Origin: a virus
Lineage: Duplodnaviria > Caudoviricetes
Virus record (IMG/VR): IMGVR_UViG_3300033067_000820
Coordinates: 1-44,645 of that record
Length of the DNA: 44,645 nt
Strand: one strand, 5' to 3'
The number at the start of each line of letters is the position of its first letter. Position 1 is the first letter of the stretch. The position numbers were made by a program, and so were the translations under genes. This document shows, one piece after another, positions 8,964 through 17,422 of this stretch. The notes under the pieces are model-generated. The model was not told where the DNA came from. It was given only the letters and a program-made list of their open reading frames with translations, and ran no database searches.

Positions 8964-9159
8964 CGTGACCTCGCAGGTCTCCTCGACCATCAACCTCATC
9001 CTCTGGGCCGTCAATCTCGCCCTCACCATCCTCGCCGCTGGCGTGATCCTAACCGCCTTCGCCACCTTCGCTGGCTTCCGTATCCCGTGGTTCAAGACCC
9101 TCGGCACTACCGAACTCGCCTACGCTATGGGTGCTCTCTGGCTCTACAAGAAAGCCTGA
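8950..9159 (+). CDS. Small two-TM membrane protein (holin-like topology)
   Basis: Two hydrophobic helices and a basic C-terminus; GAGG RBS. Confidence 0.5.
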   Translation: MKPNDVTSQVSSTINLILWAVNLALTILAAGVILTAFATFAGFRIPWFKTLGTTELAYAMGALWLYKKA

Positions 9160-9400
9160 CGCCATGAAAGTCACCCCCTTCACCCGCGATCTTCTGAAAG
9201 CCTACCGGGAAGAGAAGGCCAAGCAGAATGAAAGCGGGGGACAAGCCGGAAATCTGCCTGCAATTGGCAATCCAAGTCCTGATGCAGGACGTCGACCGCT
9301 CGATAGCCAAGATCGCGCAATTCTCAGAGGAAATGGCGGGATGTGTGCACTTGACTGAGTATTCCAGATGAGATACAAAGGACGCAAAGGAGATAATCCG

Positions 9401-9931
9401 ATGCGTAGTATCACCGACGCAGTGTTCCACGACGAAGACAAGGCGCGCGCTTTCCTTGAGAGGCAGCGTTGGCCGAGCGGCGTCATTTGCCCGATGTGCA
9501 ACAGCGGCGCTCGCGTGACCGCGCTGAACGTGCCGTCGATGGGCCCGGGCTGGTATCACTGCAATGCGTGCGAGCAGGCCAAGTTCACGGTTCGCACCGG
9601 TTCCGTCATGGAACGCAGTCACGTGCCGCTCGCAAAGTGGGCGCTGGCGTTCCGCTTGTTCGCAGCGTCGAAGAATGGCGTTTCGTCCAAGCAGCTTCAG
9701 CGCATGCTTGGCGTCAGCTACAAAACGGCATGGTTCATCGGCCACCGCATCCGCGAAGCTATGAAGCCTGCCGCCGAATTGCCTCCGATGGGCGGCAAGG
9801 GCAAGGTATTGGAGTCTGACGAGACGTTCGTTGGTGGCAAGAAAAAGAATGTCCATGTCGGCAAGCCCGAGCCGAAGAAGCATCCCGTCCTTACAGAGGC
9901 TTACAAGGCGTGGAAGAAGGCCAGAAGGTGA
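9401..9931 (+). pseudogene. IS1595 (ISXO2-like) transposase, C-terminally truncated
   Basis: Zn ribbon RWPSGVICPMC...WYHCNAC...FTVRTGSVMERSH, HTH SSKQLQRMLGVSYKTAWFIGHRIREAM and first catalytic motif ESDETFVGG; the ORF then ends without the remaining DDE residues. Confidence 0.85.
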
Positions 9932-10116
9932 CGTGCGAAGGCGTCGTGCTGCCTGCCGGTATGTCGGCCGTCGTTGCACGGCGAATCGCGTCGTTGCTCA
10001 AAGACTATCAAGACGACGTGGGAGATATGGCTGGCAAGTCAGACATTGAAGCGGCCGTCATGGTGTTTTTGGTTTGCTCAGCAGAATGTCCGCTATCTCA
10101 ACGAAATGCTTCGTAG
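9928..10116 (+). CDS. Hypothetical IS passenger protein
   Basis: GTGA overlap with the transposase stop. Confidence 0.4.
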   Translation: MTCEGVVLPAGMSAVVARRIASLLKDYQDDVGDMAGKSDIEAAVMVFLVCSAECPLSQRNAS

Positions 10117-10155
10117 CTGTAGTGGCGCGGTCTTCGAGGGCAAGTGAGCGGATTC

Positions 10156-10317
10156 ATGTCGAAGAAGCCTCAGAAAGACGAGATCAAGGACGAGCCGGGA
10201 GCCGAGGAGCGTTTCGGCAAAATCTTGGGGAAGGTGCTGCACACACCGCCCAAGCACAAAACGGCAGACCCGGACAAAGCCAAGTCTGCCGCCAGTTCAA
10301 AGAAGGTTCAGAAGTAG
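10156..10317 (+). CDS. Small basic protein (MSKKPQKDEIKDEPGAEERFGKILGKVLHTPPKHK..., 53 aa)
   Basis: ERF...L.TPPK pattern resembles small ORFs seen downstream of IS1595 transposases; not in the track. Confidence 0.5.
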   Translation: MSKKPQKDEIKDEPGAEERFGKILGKVLHTPPKHKTADPDKAKSAASSKKVQK

Positions 10318-10374
10318 CACGAGCACCGCGAGGCACTGAGCTACATCAACTTTGACTTCGACCTTGAAGTTCAT
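10297..10374 (-). CDS. 25-aa hydrophobic peptide MNFKVEVKVDVAQCLAVLVLLLNLL
   Basis: GGAG RBS upstream on the - strand; hydrophobic C-terminal half. Confidence 0.4.
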   Translation of the reverse strand: MNFKVEVKVDVAQCLAVLVLLLNLL

Positions 10375-10481
10375 AGTGAGAACTCCGAGGGTCGAGCCGG
10401 CCATGCCATTCGGGTACTCAAGGCCGAAACCGGCGACAACTTCCCCACCCAGGACCACTACAATAGATACCCGTGATCCTA

Positions 10482-10497
10482 TGTTGCACGTGAAACA
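10482..10497. promoter_or_regulatory. parS: parS centromere-like site
   Basis: TGTTGCACGTGAAACA fits the bacterial chromosomal parS consensus TGTTNCACGTGAAACA at every position; intergenic. Confidence 0.7.
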
Positions 10498-10499
10498 AT

Positions 10500-10524
10500 A
10501 ACGGCCCTGAAAGGGACACCCGTT
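10500..10524 (+). promoter_or_regulatory. Hairpin element AACGGCCC...GGACACCCG, copy 2, directly before the terS start
   Basis: AACGG/CCGTT outer stem, CCCT/AGGG inner stem, ACAC bulge. Confidence 0.5.
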
Positions 10525-10525
10525 G

Positions 10526-10906
10526 ATGGCTGAACCAGATGGCACCGCTCAGGTCAGTGAGAACTCAGTGAAGTCTTTCGCCAATCTGAAGCCATTTCAG
10601 AGGGGCGTCAGTGGGAACCCAGGCGGAAAACCCAAAGGTGAGGATGTCAGATCACTAGCCCGCAAGAATACAAGGCGAGCTATGGAACGTATCGTCGAAC
10701 TGATCGATGACGAAGACCCCCGCGTTGCCCTCATGGCTGCCAAAGAAGTTCTCGACCGCGCCTACGGCAAGCCAAAGATGATCGAAGATGACGACGGCGG
10801 CGACCGCAAGAACGTAACCATAAACATCGTGAGATATGCCGACGATAAGCCTGCCGAACAATTGGCAGCCCCGACCGTATCAGTTCGGACTTTGGCGCTA
10901 CCTTGA
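10526..10906 (+). CDS. terS: Terminase small subunit (DUF5681-type)
   Basis: NLKPFQRGVSGNPGGKPKG, AAKEVLDRAYGKP; immediately upstream of terL. Confidence 0.8.
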   Translation: MAEPDGTAQVSENSVKSFANLKPFQRGVSGNPGGKPKGEDVRSLARKNTRRAMERIVELIDDEDPRVALMAAKEVLDRAYGKPKMIEDDDGGDRKNVTINIVRYADDKPAEQLAAPTVSVRTLALP

Positions 10907-12245
10907 GCAGGGCGGCAAGCGTGCGCTTGCTGTCTGCCATCGACGTTGGGGCAAGGACGACATCGCTCTACACTGGACGGCTGTAGCGGCTCATCAGCGT
11001 GTTGCGTCCTACTGGCATATGCTCCCCGAAGCAGAGCAGGCGCGAAAGGCGATCTGGACCGCAGTCAATCCTCACACGGGCAAGCGTCGTATAGACGAAG
11101 CATTCCCGCCTGAGATTAGGGAGAACACTAACGATCAAGCCATGTTCATCCGCTTTAAGAACGGATCTACGTGGCAGGTGGTCGGCTCTGACAACTACAA
11201 CAGTCTCGTGGGTGCGCCGCCTGCCGGTCTTGTCGTCTCGGAATGGTCGCTCGCTGATCCATCTGCATGGGCCTATCTCTCGCCAATCCTGGCCGAGAAC
11301 AACGGCTGGGCTCTGTTCCTCTACACGTCGCGTGGCAAGAACCACGGCTTCTCGCTCTACAGGTCAGCTAGGGACCGCCCCGATTGGCACGTTGAACGCC
11401 AGTCGGTCATGGAAACAAAGGTCTTTAGCCCTGCTGCCCTGATCGATGCCAAGGCCGATCTTGTCGCGTTGTACGGTGAAGAGGACGGCGAAGCACTCTA
11501 CGAACAAGAGTACTTCTGCTCATTCGAGGCCGCGGTCGTTGGTTCGTACTATGGGCGTATCCTAGCCAGGCTCGAGCGTGACAAGCGGATTACGAGCGTT
11601 CCCTACGATCCGAGCTTGCCAGTTTATACGGGTTGGGATCTGGGCATCGACGACGCTACGGCGGTTTGGTTCGCGCAGATCGCGGGCCGTGAGGTCAGGA
11701 TCATCGACTACGCAGAGTTCCGTGGCCGTGGCCTTGTCGAGATCGCTAAAGATATCGTCGCCAAGCCCTACCTCTATCAGGAGCATTACCTCCCGCACGA
11801 CGTCGGGACCCGGGAGATGACTAGCGCGAAGACCCGCAAGGAGACGCTTGAATCTGTGGGACTGAAGCCAATCCGTGCTGGATCTCAGCTTCCCGTTCAA
11901 GATGGCATCAACGCCGTTAGAAACATGCTTCCTAAGTGCGTATTTGACGAGGCCAAGTGCGCCATCGGCCTCAACGCTCTTCGGGAATATCGGATTGAGT
12001 TTGACGCCAAGAACAAGACGCCACGCAAGACGCCGCTGCACAATTGGGCGTCGCACCCGGCCGATGCGTTTCGCGAGCTCGCTGTGCAGCTATGGGACTA
12101 CAAGCAAACCGAAGCGCTTCTTCGCAACCGCGTTGCTCACGCTGAATACGATATCTACGCAGTCGGAACCGACAACTTCGGCCGTGACGTAGAGCGTCGC
12201 GAACAACTGCAACACACAGCCGGAACCGATTACACCCCGTTCTGA
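10836..12245 (+). CDS. terL: Terminase large subunit
   Basis: PRPYQ, Walker A HRRWGKD, Walker B-like VVSEW, nuclease GWDLGIDDAT, C-terminal HNWASHPADAFR. Confidence 0.95.
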   Translation: MPTISLPNNWQPRPYQFGLWRYLEQGGKRALAVCHRRWGKDDIALHWTAVAAHQRVASYWHMLPEAEQARKAIWTAVNPHTGKRRIDEAFPPEIRENTNDQAMFIRFKNGSTWQVVGSDNYNSLVGAPPAGLVVSEWSLADPSAWAYLSPILAENNGWALFLYTSRGKNHGFSLYRSARDRPDWHVERQSVMETKVFSPAALIDAKADLVALYGEEDGEALYEQEYFCSFEAAVVGSYYGRILARLERDKRITSVPYDPSLPVYTGWDLGIDDATAVWFAQIAGREVRIIDYAEFRGRGLVEIAKDIVAKPYLYQEHYLPHDVGTREMTSAKTRKETLESVGLKPIRAGSQLPVQDGINAVRNMLPKCVFDEAKCAIGLNALREYRIEFDAKNKTPRKTPLHNWASHPADAFRELAVQLWDYKQTEALLRNRVAHAEYDIYAVGTDNFGRDVERREQLQHTAGTDYTPF

Positions 12246-12775
12246 TGGCAATTGTCCTACACGACTTGAACCTCTTCGCCGTCGAGTACCTGGCTCTCAA
12301 CATGCGAGAGAGCGACAAGTCAGAAGTGCTTGGCATCTGGCCGCATGATGACCCGCTCCGGTTTGCGTCTGAAGCAACCCATATCCTGCGCAACCACGGC
12401 CGGTCGCAGATTGCGTACATCGACGGCAAGCCCGCGGCTCTGTTCGGGTTTAGCTGCCACATGAAGCCGAAGGTCTACAGCGTGTGGATGTTCGGCACGG
12501 ACGAGTTCACCAAAGCCATCTTCCCGCTGATGCGTTGGTGCCGCAATGCCGCGAATGACATTCTCTCAATTGAGAAGGCCCACCGTCTGCAAGCTGAATC
12601 CCGCGCCGATCATCACGAGGCGCACAAGCTCATCAAAGCAATGGGTGGGATTGAGGAGTGCCGCCTCGAGAAGTGGGGCAAGGACGGCTCTGATTACCTG
12701 ATGTTCAAGTGGATCAATGGCGTCAACGACGCGATCCTTAGACCGCATTACGTGCAACAGAAGGAGAATGCCTGA
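12245..12775 (+). CDS. GNAT-fold protein, T7 gp13-like
   Basis: YLALNMRESDKSEV...DGKPAALFG...VWMFGTD...AHKLIKAMGG pattern. Confidence 0.65.
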   Translation: MAIVLHDLNLFAVEYLALNMRESDKSEVLGIWPHDDPLRFASEATHILRNHGRSQIAYIDGKPAALFGFSCHMKPKVYSVWMFGTDEFTKAIFPLMRWCRNAANDILSIEKAHRLQAESRADHHEAHKLIKAMGGIEECRLEKWGKDGSDYLMFKWINGVNDAILRPHYVQQKENA

Positions 12776-12996
12776 TGTGTGGATCTTCTGGTGGTGGAAC
12801 CTCTGCCCCTCCGTCACCGCCCCCGACGACGTTCAGCTACACGGCGGCTGATAACTCGAACGCACAGCGCCGTCAGGCCCAGATGGTCGGCGCAACCGAA
12901 GGCCCGGCACCCGGAACCGTGCTTGGCAATAGCGGTGGCGGCACTGGCCAGGTTGGCCCCGGCCCTGAGAACAACGGCAAGGGAGGCCCCTACTGA
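12775..12996 (+). CDS. Small virion protein with MCG N-terminus (T7 gp6.7/7.3-like position)
   Basis: TGATG coupling, AAGGAG RBS, Gly/Pro-rich, upstream of the portal. Confidence 0.65.
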   Translation: MCGSSGGGTSAPPSPPPTTFSYTAADNSNAQRRQAQMVGATEGPAPGTVLGNSGGGTGQVGPGPENNGKGGPY

Positions 12997-13196
12997 TGTG
13001 CGGCGGCTCTTCCCCTCCCGAGCCAAAGGCTCCTCCGGCCCCCGTTGCGCAGCGTGACACCAACATCGAGGGCACGATGAACCGCCAGAAGGCGGCGCAG
13101 CGCTCGGCTCAGTCTGGCTATGAATCCACACTGCTTGCGGGCGCTGGTGGCGTGACGTCGCCTGCAACAACGCAAGCCCCCGTGTTGGGAACCTGA
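12996..13196 (+). CDS. Small virion protein with MCG N-terminus (T7 gp7.3-like position)
   Basis: TGATG coupling, GGAGG RBS, G..STLL.G...LG ending typical of pre-portal proteins. Confidence 0.7.
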   Translation: MCGGSSPPEPKAPPAPVAQRDTNIEGTMNRQKAAQRSAQSGYESTLLAGAGGVTSPATTQAPVLGT

Positions 13197-13201
13197 CCTA
13201 G

Positions 13202-15007
13202 ATGGCCACGCAGGCGCAGGAAGACCACGTCCACCAACTCAAGTCCCGTTACGACGGCCTCAAAAGCCAGACAGAGCGGACCAACTTTGAGTCACAGTGG
13301 CAACAGATTGGTGAGGTGGTCTCTCCCCGCAAAATCGACTTCGTTGGGGTCCGCACCCCCGGCGAAAAGCGCATGAACCAGGTCTATGATCCGACCGGTA
13401 TCACAGCCAACGAATTGCTCGCGGCTGGCCTGCATGGCATGGCGACCAATCCGGCAATGAAGTGGTTCAGCCTGCGTCTCGTGGCCGCGAAGATCTTCAA
13501 TCAAGACGGCAGCACCACGGATATAAACCAAATCCCGCCTATTCAGCGCTGGCTTGCCCACGTCGAAGAGGTGATGTGGCAGCGCGTGTACCAGCCGGGA
13601 ACGAACTTCACCACGGCGCTACACGAAACCTACCTTGATCTCGGCGCGTTCGGCACGGCCATTATGTTCGTTGGCCAGCGCGATGATGGCGGGCTCCTGT
13701 TCGAAAGCCGCCCGCTCTCTGAGTGCGTGATCGATGAGAACGTAGACGGCAAGGTCGATACGGTATTCCGCAAGACGACCTACACCGTCCGCCAGTTGAT
13801 ACAGATGGAGCGGCAAGAGGGCTGGAAGGTCAGCGACAAGGTCCGCGACCTCTTCCGTGATCAAAAGTATGACGAGACGGTTGTGGTGATCCATGCGGTT
13901 TACCCGCGATCCGACCGAGATCCGAAGAAGAAGAACCGCGAGAACATGCCGTTTGCGTCGTGCTACTTCGAGCATGACACCGGCCATCTGTTGAGCGAAA
14001 GCGGATTCCCTGAGTTCCCGTATCTGGTGGCCCGTTGGTCGAAGTATGCAGGCGAGAAGTACGGCCGCGGCCCTGGCATGACGGCCTTGCCTGACATCCG
14101 CATGCTGCAGGCGATGAGCCTGACCTACATCAAGACCGTTCAGAAGAACGCAGACCCGCCGATTGCACTCTCATCCGATGGCTTGCTTGGTCAGGTTCGC
14201 ACCATTCCAGGCGGCGTGACGTATTTCCGGGGCAACCCCTCTGAGGGGATGATGCAGTTCCCGACGTCGGTCCAGGGGCTCGGTCACATGGCTGAGTTCA
14301 TGGAGCAGGTCAGAAACCGCATCCGCAATTGCTTTTTTGTGGACGTGCTGCAGATGGTCGGTGATGCGGAGATGACCGCAACCGAAGTCATGCAACGCAC
14401 GGCCGAACGCATGCGGCTGTTAGGCCCGCTGGTTGGTCGCCTTGAAAGCGAACTGCTCGGCCCGATGGTCGATCGCATCTTCGGCATTCTGATGCGGATG
14501 AAGTTGCTCCCCGAGCCGCCGAAAGAGATTCAGGGCCAAGAGTTCACCGTCGAATACGTGAGCCCCGTTGCCACGGCGCAGAAGCAACAGGCCATTAACG
14601 GCATTATGCAGGCGATGCAGGTTATCTCGTCTTTCGGGCCGGAAGTCGCGGTCCAGATCGCAGGCAAAAACCTCGACGTGGACAAGTTGTTCCGTTGGTC
14701 GTGGGATCTCTTCAACAACAACCCGGAACTGCTTCGTGACGAAGAGGCGATGGCCAAGGACGATCAGATGCTCAAGGCCAAGCAGGCGCTCGAGATGGGC
14801 CAGCCTGCAATGGATATGGCCGCTCAGGGTGCCGGCGCAGTGAAGAGCATCAGCGATGCGGCAGCAGGTGGCCAGGCGGCAGGCTTCGACGTCAAGGCCC
14901 TGCTTGGTCAGGTCGTCAAGAACGTCCAGCAATCGCCCAAGGCTCAGCAAGAGTTGGCTGACATGGGCAAGAACGTGATGCAGCAAGCCGGGGTGCCAGC
15001 ACAGTGA
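13202..15007 (+). CDS. Portal (head-tail connector) protein, T7 gp8/BPP-1 type
   Basis: DLGAFGTA, FPYLVARW...YGRGPGMTALPDIRMLQ, MTATEVMQRTAERMRLLGP, EYVSP. Confidence 0.93.
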   Translation: MATQAQEDHVHQLKSRYDGLKSQTERTNFESQWQQIGEVVSPRKIDFVGVRTPGEKRMNQVYDPTGITANELLAAGLHGMATNPAMKWFSLRLVAAKIFNQDGSTTDINQIPPIQRWLAHVEEVMWQRVYQPGTNFTTALHETYLDLGAFGTAIMFVGQRDDGGLLFESRPLSECVIDENVDGKVDTVFRKTTYTVRQLIQMERQEGWKVSDKVRDLFRDQKYDETVVVIHAVYPRSDRDPKKKNRENMPFASCYFEHDTGHLLSESGFPEFPYLVARWSKYAGEKYGRGPGMTALPDIRMLQAMSLTYIKTVQKNADPPIALSSDGLLGQVRTIPGGVTYFRGNPSEGMMQFPTSVQGLGHMAEFMEQVRNRIRNCFFVDVLQMVGDAEMTATEVMQRTAERMRLLGPLVGRLESELLGPMVDRIFGILMRMKLLPEPPKEIQGQEFTVEYVSPVATAQKQQAINGIMQAMQVISSFGPEVAVQIAGKNLDVDKLFRWSWDLFNNNPELLRDEEAMAKDDQMLKAKQALEMGQPAMDMAAQGAGAVKSISDAAAGGQAAGFDVKALLGQVVKNVQQSPKAQQELADMGKNVMQQAGVPAQ

Positions 15008-15285
15008 CACGCAAGAAGTCGCCCGAACTCAGGGCTTCAGGCATCTGGAAAGGCTTCTATCAAACACCGGAAGGCAAGGCTGCCATTGGCCTGCTCTTCA
15101 AGGACTTCGGTTTCTTCGATACGCCGATGGGCGACAACAATGCCCTCATCCGCTCCATCGGCCAACGTGATGTGCTCGTGCGTATTTCAAACCTCATCGG
15201 CTTTAAGCCAGAGCATGTGCCGCAAGACGCTGAGGACCACGAAGATCTACTCACCAAAATGATGAGGCAATCACCGCATGTCTGA
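15004..15285 (+). CDS. Bbp19-like small head protein
   Basis: FYQTPEGKAAI...GQRDVLVRI between portal and scaffold. Confidence 0.65.
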   Translation: MTRKKSPELRASGIWKGFYQTPEGKAAIGLLFKDFGFFDTPMGDNNALIRSIGQRDVLVRISNLIGFKPEHVPQDAEDHEDLLTKMMRQSPHV

Positions 15286-16168
15286 TGCAGCACCAGCGCC
15301 GTCTGGATCGTCAATCCTTACGTCAGGGATACCGCCTCCGAGCGCCCCGGCGAATGGGAACGGCGGCAATCCCGCGGCAGGGCAACCGTCCGCAACAGCC
15401 GAAGCCATTAAAGCAGCCGCGCGCCCTGAATGGGTGCCTGAAAAATACTGGAAGGCCGACAAGAACGAGCCTGACTATGAAGGGCTCGGCAAAGGCTACA
15501 TCAATCTCGAGCAGCTTCTAGGCCGCGACAAAATCCCGAAGCCTCTGAACGATGAAGATCAAGAGGGCTGGGATCGCTGGTATGCCGCAAGCGGCCGGCC
15601 TGAAAAGCCGGATGCCTACGAGTTCAAGCGCCCCGACAAGCTCCCCGATGGGCTCGGCTATGACGAAGAGCTTGAGCAGGATTTCCGTGCGACGGCCTAC
15701 GGTATGGGCTTGAACAAGAAGCAGGCCACGGGGCTCTACGAGAAATTCGTGACCAATCAGGTCAAACGCTATGAGGCGTTTGACACGAGCAAGAAGCAGG
15801 CACGCGCCGAAGCTGAAGCCAACCTGCAGCGCGAGTATGGCCATAAGTACGATTCGGCTATCTCTCAGGCCAAGGTCGCGATGGCGAACTATGCTGATCC
15901 TGAGTTCCGTCAGTATCTCGAGCAGACCGGCATGGGCAATGACCCACGCATGATACGCATGATGATCCGCATCGGCCAGGAAATGCAGGGCGACACGCGC
16001 GCCATCGGCAAGCCGCAGGTGCAGGTCAACTCCGGCGATATCGAGCGCACGATCCGCGAATTTGAAAGCAAGAACCGCAGCGCGCTCTACGACAAGAGCC
16101 ACCCTGACCACGCAGCCTTGGTCAAGGAGCGCAACCGGCTTTACGAAACCAAGTTCGGTGACGAATGA
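15278..16168 (+). CDS. Capsid scaffolding protein
   Basis: RPEWVPEKYW, GRPEKPDAYE, GLNKKQA, GMGNDPRMIR, HPDH; position before the capsid gene. Confidence 0.8.
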   Translation: MSDAAPAPSGSSILTSGIPPPSAPANGNGGNPAAGQPSATAEAIKAAARPEWVPEKYWKADKNEPDYEGLGKGYINLEQLLGRDKIPKPLNDEDQEGWDRWYAASGRPEKPDAYEFKRPDKLPDGLGYDEELEQDFRATAYGMGLNKKQATGLYEKFVTNQVKRYEAFDTSKKQARAEAEANLQREYGHKYDSAISQAKVAMANYADPEFRQYLEQTGMGNDPRMIRMMIRIGQEMQGDTRAIGKPQVQVNSGDIERTIREFESKNRSALYDKSHPDHAALVKERNRLYETKFGDE

Positions 16169-16377
16169 CCGAACACGACATCAGATTAGAGTGCGTTCGC
16201 CTGACACAGCCACGCGATCTCGGAAACCCCGATATCACGAAGTGGATCGAACGCGCCAAGCTTATTGAAGACTACGTCAAGGGTGACGGATACGCGCAAG
16301 CCCCGTCAGAAAGCCCACGCCGTCAGTCTCGCAAGACCGGACAAGCCGAAGTAACGACGGCCCCGGCACAGCAGTAA
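16165..16377 (+). CDS. Hypothetical protein
   Basis: ATGA-coupled to the scaffold gene. Confidence 0.6.
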   Translation: MTEHDIRLECVRLTQPRDLGNPDITKWIERAKLIEDYVKGDGYAQAPSESPRRQSRKTGQAEVTTAPAQQ

Positions 16378-16402
16378 GCCTCCCCTGCGTACTCGCCAGA
16401 CG

Positions 16403-16429
16403 AACGGCCCGCCGCTGAGCGGACACCCG
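16403..16429 (+). promoter_or_regulatory. Hairpin element AACGGCCC...GGACACCCG, copy 3, capsid leader
   Basis: Same 8-mer and 9-mer flanks as 10500-10522, with a different inner hairpin (CCGC-TGA-GCGG). Confidence 0.5.
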
Positions 16430-16486
16430 GAATCGGATCGGCATCTCACCCTAAAATCCGAAACCAGCCACAGGAGTTGATTGGCC

Positions 16487-17398
16487 ATGTCCATCAACAT
16501 CACTACGGCGTTCGTTCAGCAGTACAAATCGAACGTCTATCACCTGACCCAGCAGAAGGGTTCGAAGCTCCGCACTGGCGTCCGCGTCGAAAGCGTCACC
16601 GGCAAAACGGGCTTCTACGATCAGATCGGTGCAACGAGCGCTCGCAAGCGTAGCTCTCGCCATGCCGATACGCCTCGCATGGATACCCCGCACAGCAGGC
16701 GGCGTGTAGCCCTCGAAGACTACGATTGGGCGGACCTCATCGATAACGAGGACCAAATCCGCATGCTCATCGATCCGACCTCGCAGTATGCCGAGGCCGC
16801 AGCGATGGCTATGGGCCGTGCGATGGATGACGCGATTATCGCGGCAGCACTCGCAACCGCATACACGGGTGAAGACGGCTCTTCAACGACGTCGTATTCG
16901 TCCAGCATGACGGTTGGTGTTCAGACGGTTTGGCCCGGCGTGTCCGCGGCTGATACCGGCATGAACGTCGCCAAGCTCATCGCTGCGTCGTCTCTGCTTG
17001 GCCAGAACGATGTTGACCCGGACGAAGAGCGTTACGTTGCGGTCAATGCTCGTCAGATTACCTCGCTCCTCAAGGACGAGAAGCTTTCGAGCCATGACTA
17101 CAACATCCTGCGCCCGCTCGTGGACGGCAAGGTCAGCCAGTACATGGGCTTCACCTTCCTTCCAACGAACCGCATCACCACCGATGGCAACGGTGACGAT
17201 GAAGTTCTCTATTGGGCCAAGGGTGGTTTGCTGCTCGGTGTTGGCCAGGACATCCAGACCAAGATCGGTGAACGAGCCGACAAGAACTACGCCACGCAGG
17301 TCTTCACGTCGATGAGCATCGGCGCGACCCGCATGGAAGAGGTTCGCGTGGGCAAGATCCTCTGCGATCCGGGTGCAAGCCCGACGACCGACGCTTAA
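16487..17398 (+). CDS. Major capsid protein
   Basis: ITTAFVQQYKSNVYHLTQQKGSKLR, DTPHSRRRV, LIDPTSQY, AMGRAMDD, GATRMEE; AGGAG RBS. Confidence 0.92.
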   Translation: MSINITTAFVQQYKSNVYHLTQQKGSKLRTGVRVESVTGKTGFYDQIGATSARKRSSRHADTPRMDTPHSRRRVALEDYDWADLIDNEDQIRMLIDPTSQYAEAAAMAMGRAMDDAIIAAALATAYTGEDGSSTTSYSSSMTVGVQTVWPGVSAADTGMNVAKLIAASSLLGQNDVDPDEERYVAVNARQITSLLKDEKLSSHDYNILRPLVDGKVSQYMGFTFLPTNRITTDGNGDDEVLYWAKGGLLLGVGQDIQTKIGERADKNYATQVFTSMSIGATRMEEVRVGKILCDPGASPTTDA

Positions 17399-17422
17399 CG
17401 GTTAGCTGAAGGATCAACCACA

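Larger units (their letters stand above)
9335..10317 (+). mobile_element. IS1595-family element remnant with passenger ORFs
   Basis: Candidate left end GGCGGGATGTGTGCACTTGACT at 9335, truncated transposase, two short downstream ORFs. No matching right inverted repeat seen, so the right boundary is uncertain. Confidence 0.55.

Noticed and set aside
9131-9371. Short ORFs immediately before the IS1595 remnant
   Set aside because: Two competing frames both run into the putative IS end, and I cannot tell which, if either, is real.
7130-9979. Long - strand ORFs 7130-8272 and 9125-9979
   Set aside because: They mirror well-supported + strand genes and have no recognisable motifs, as is typical of high-GC antisense frames.
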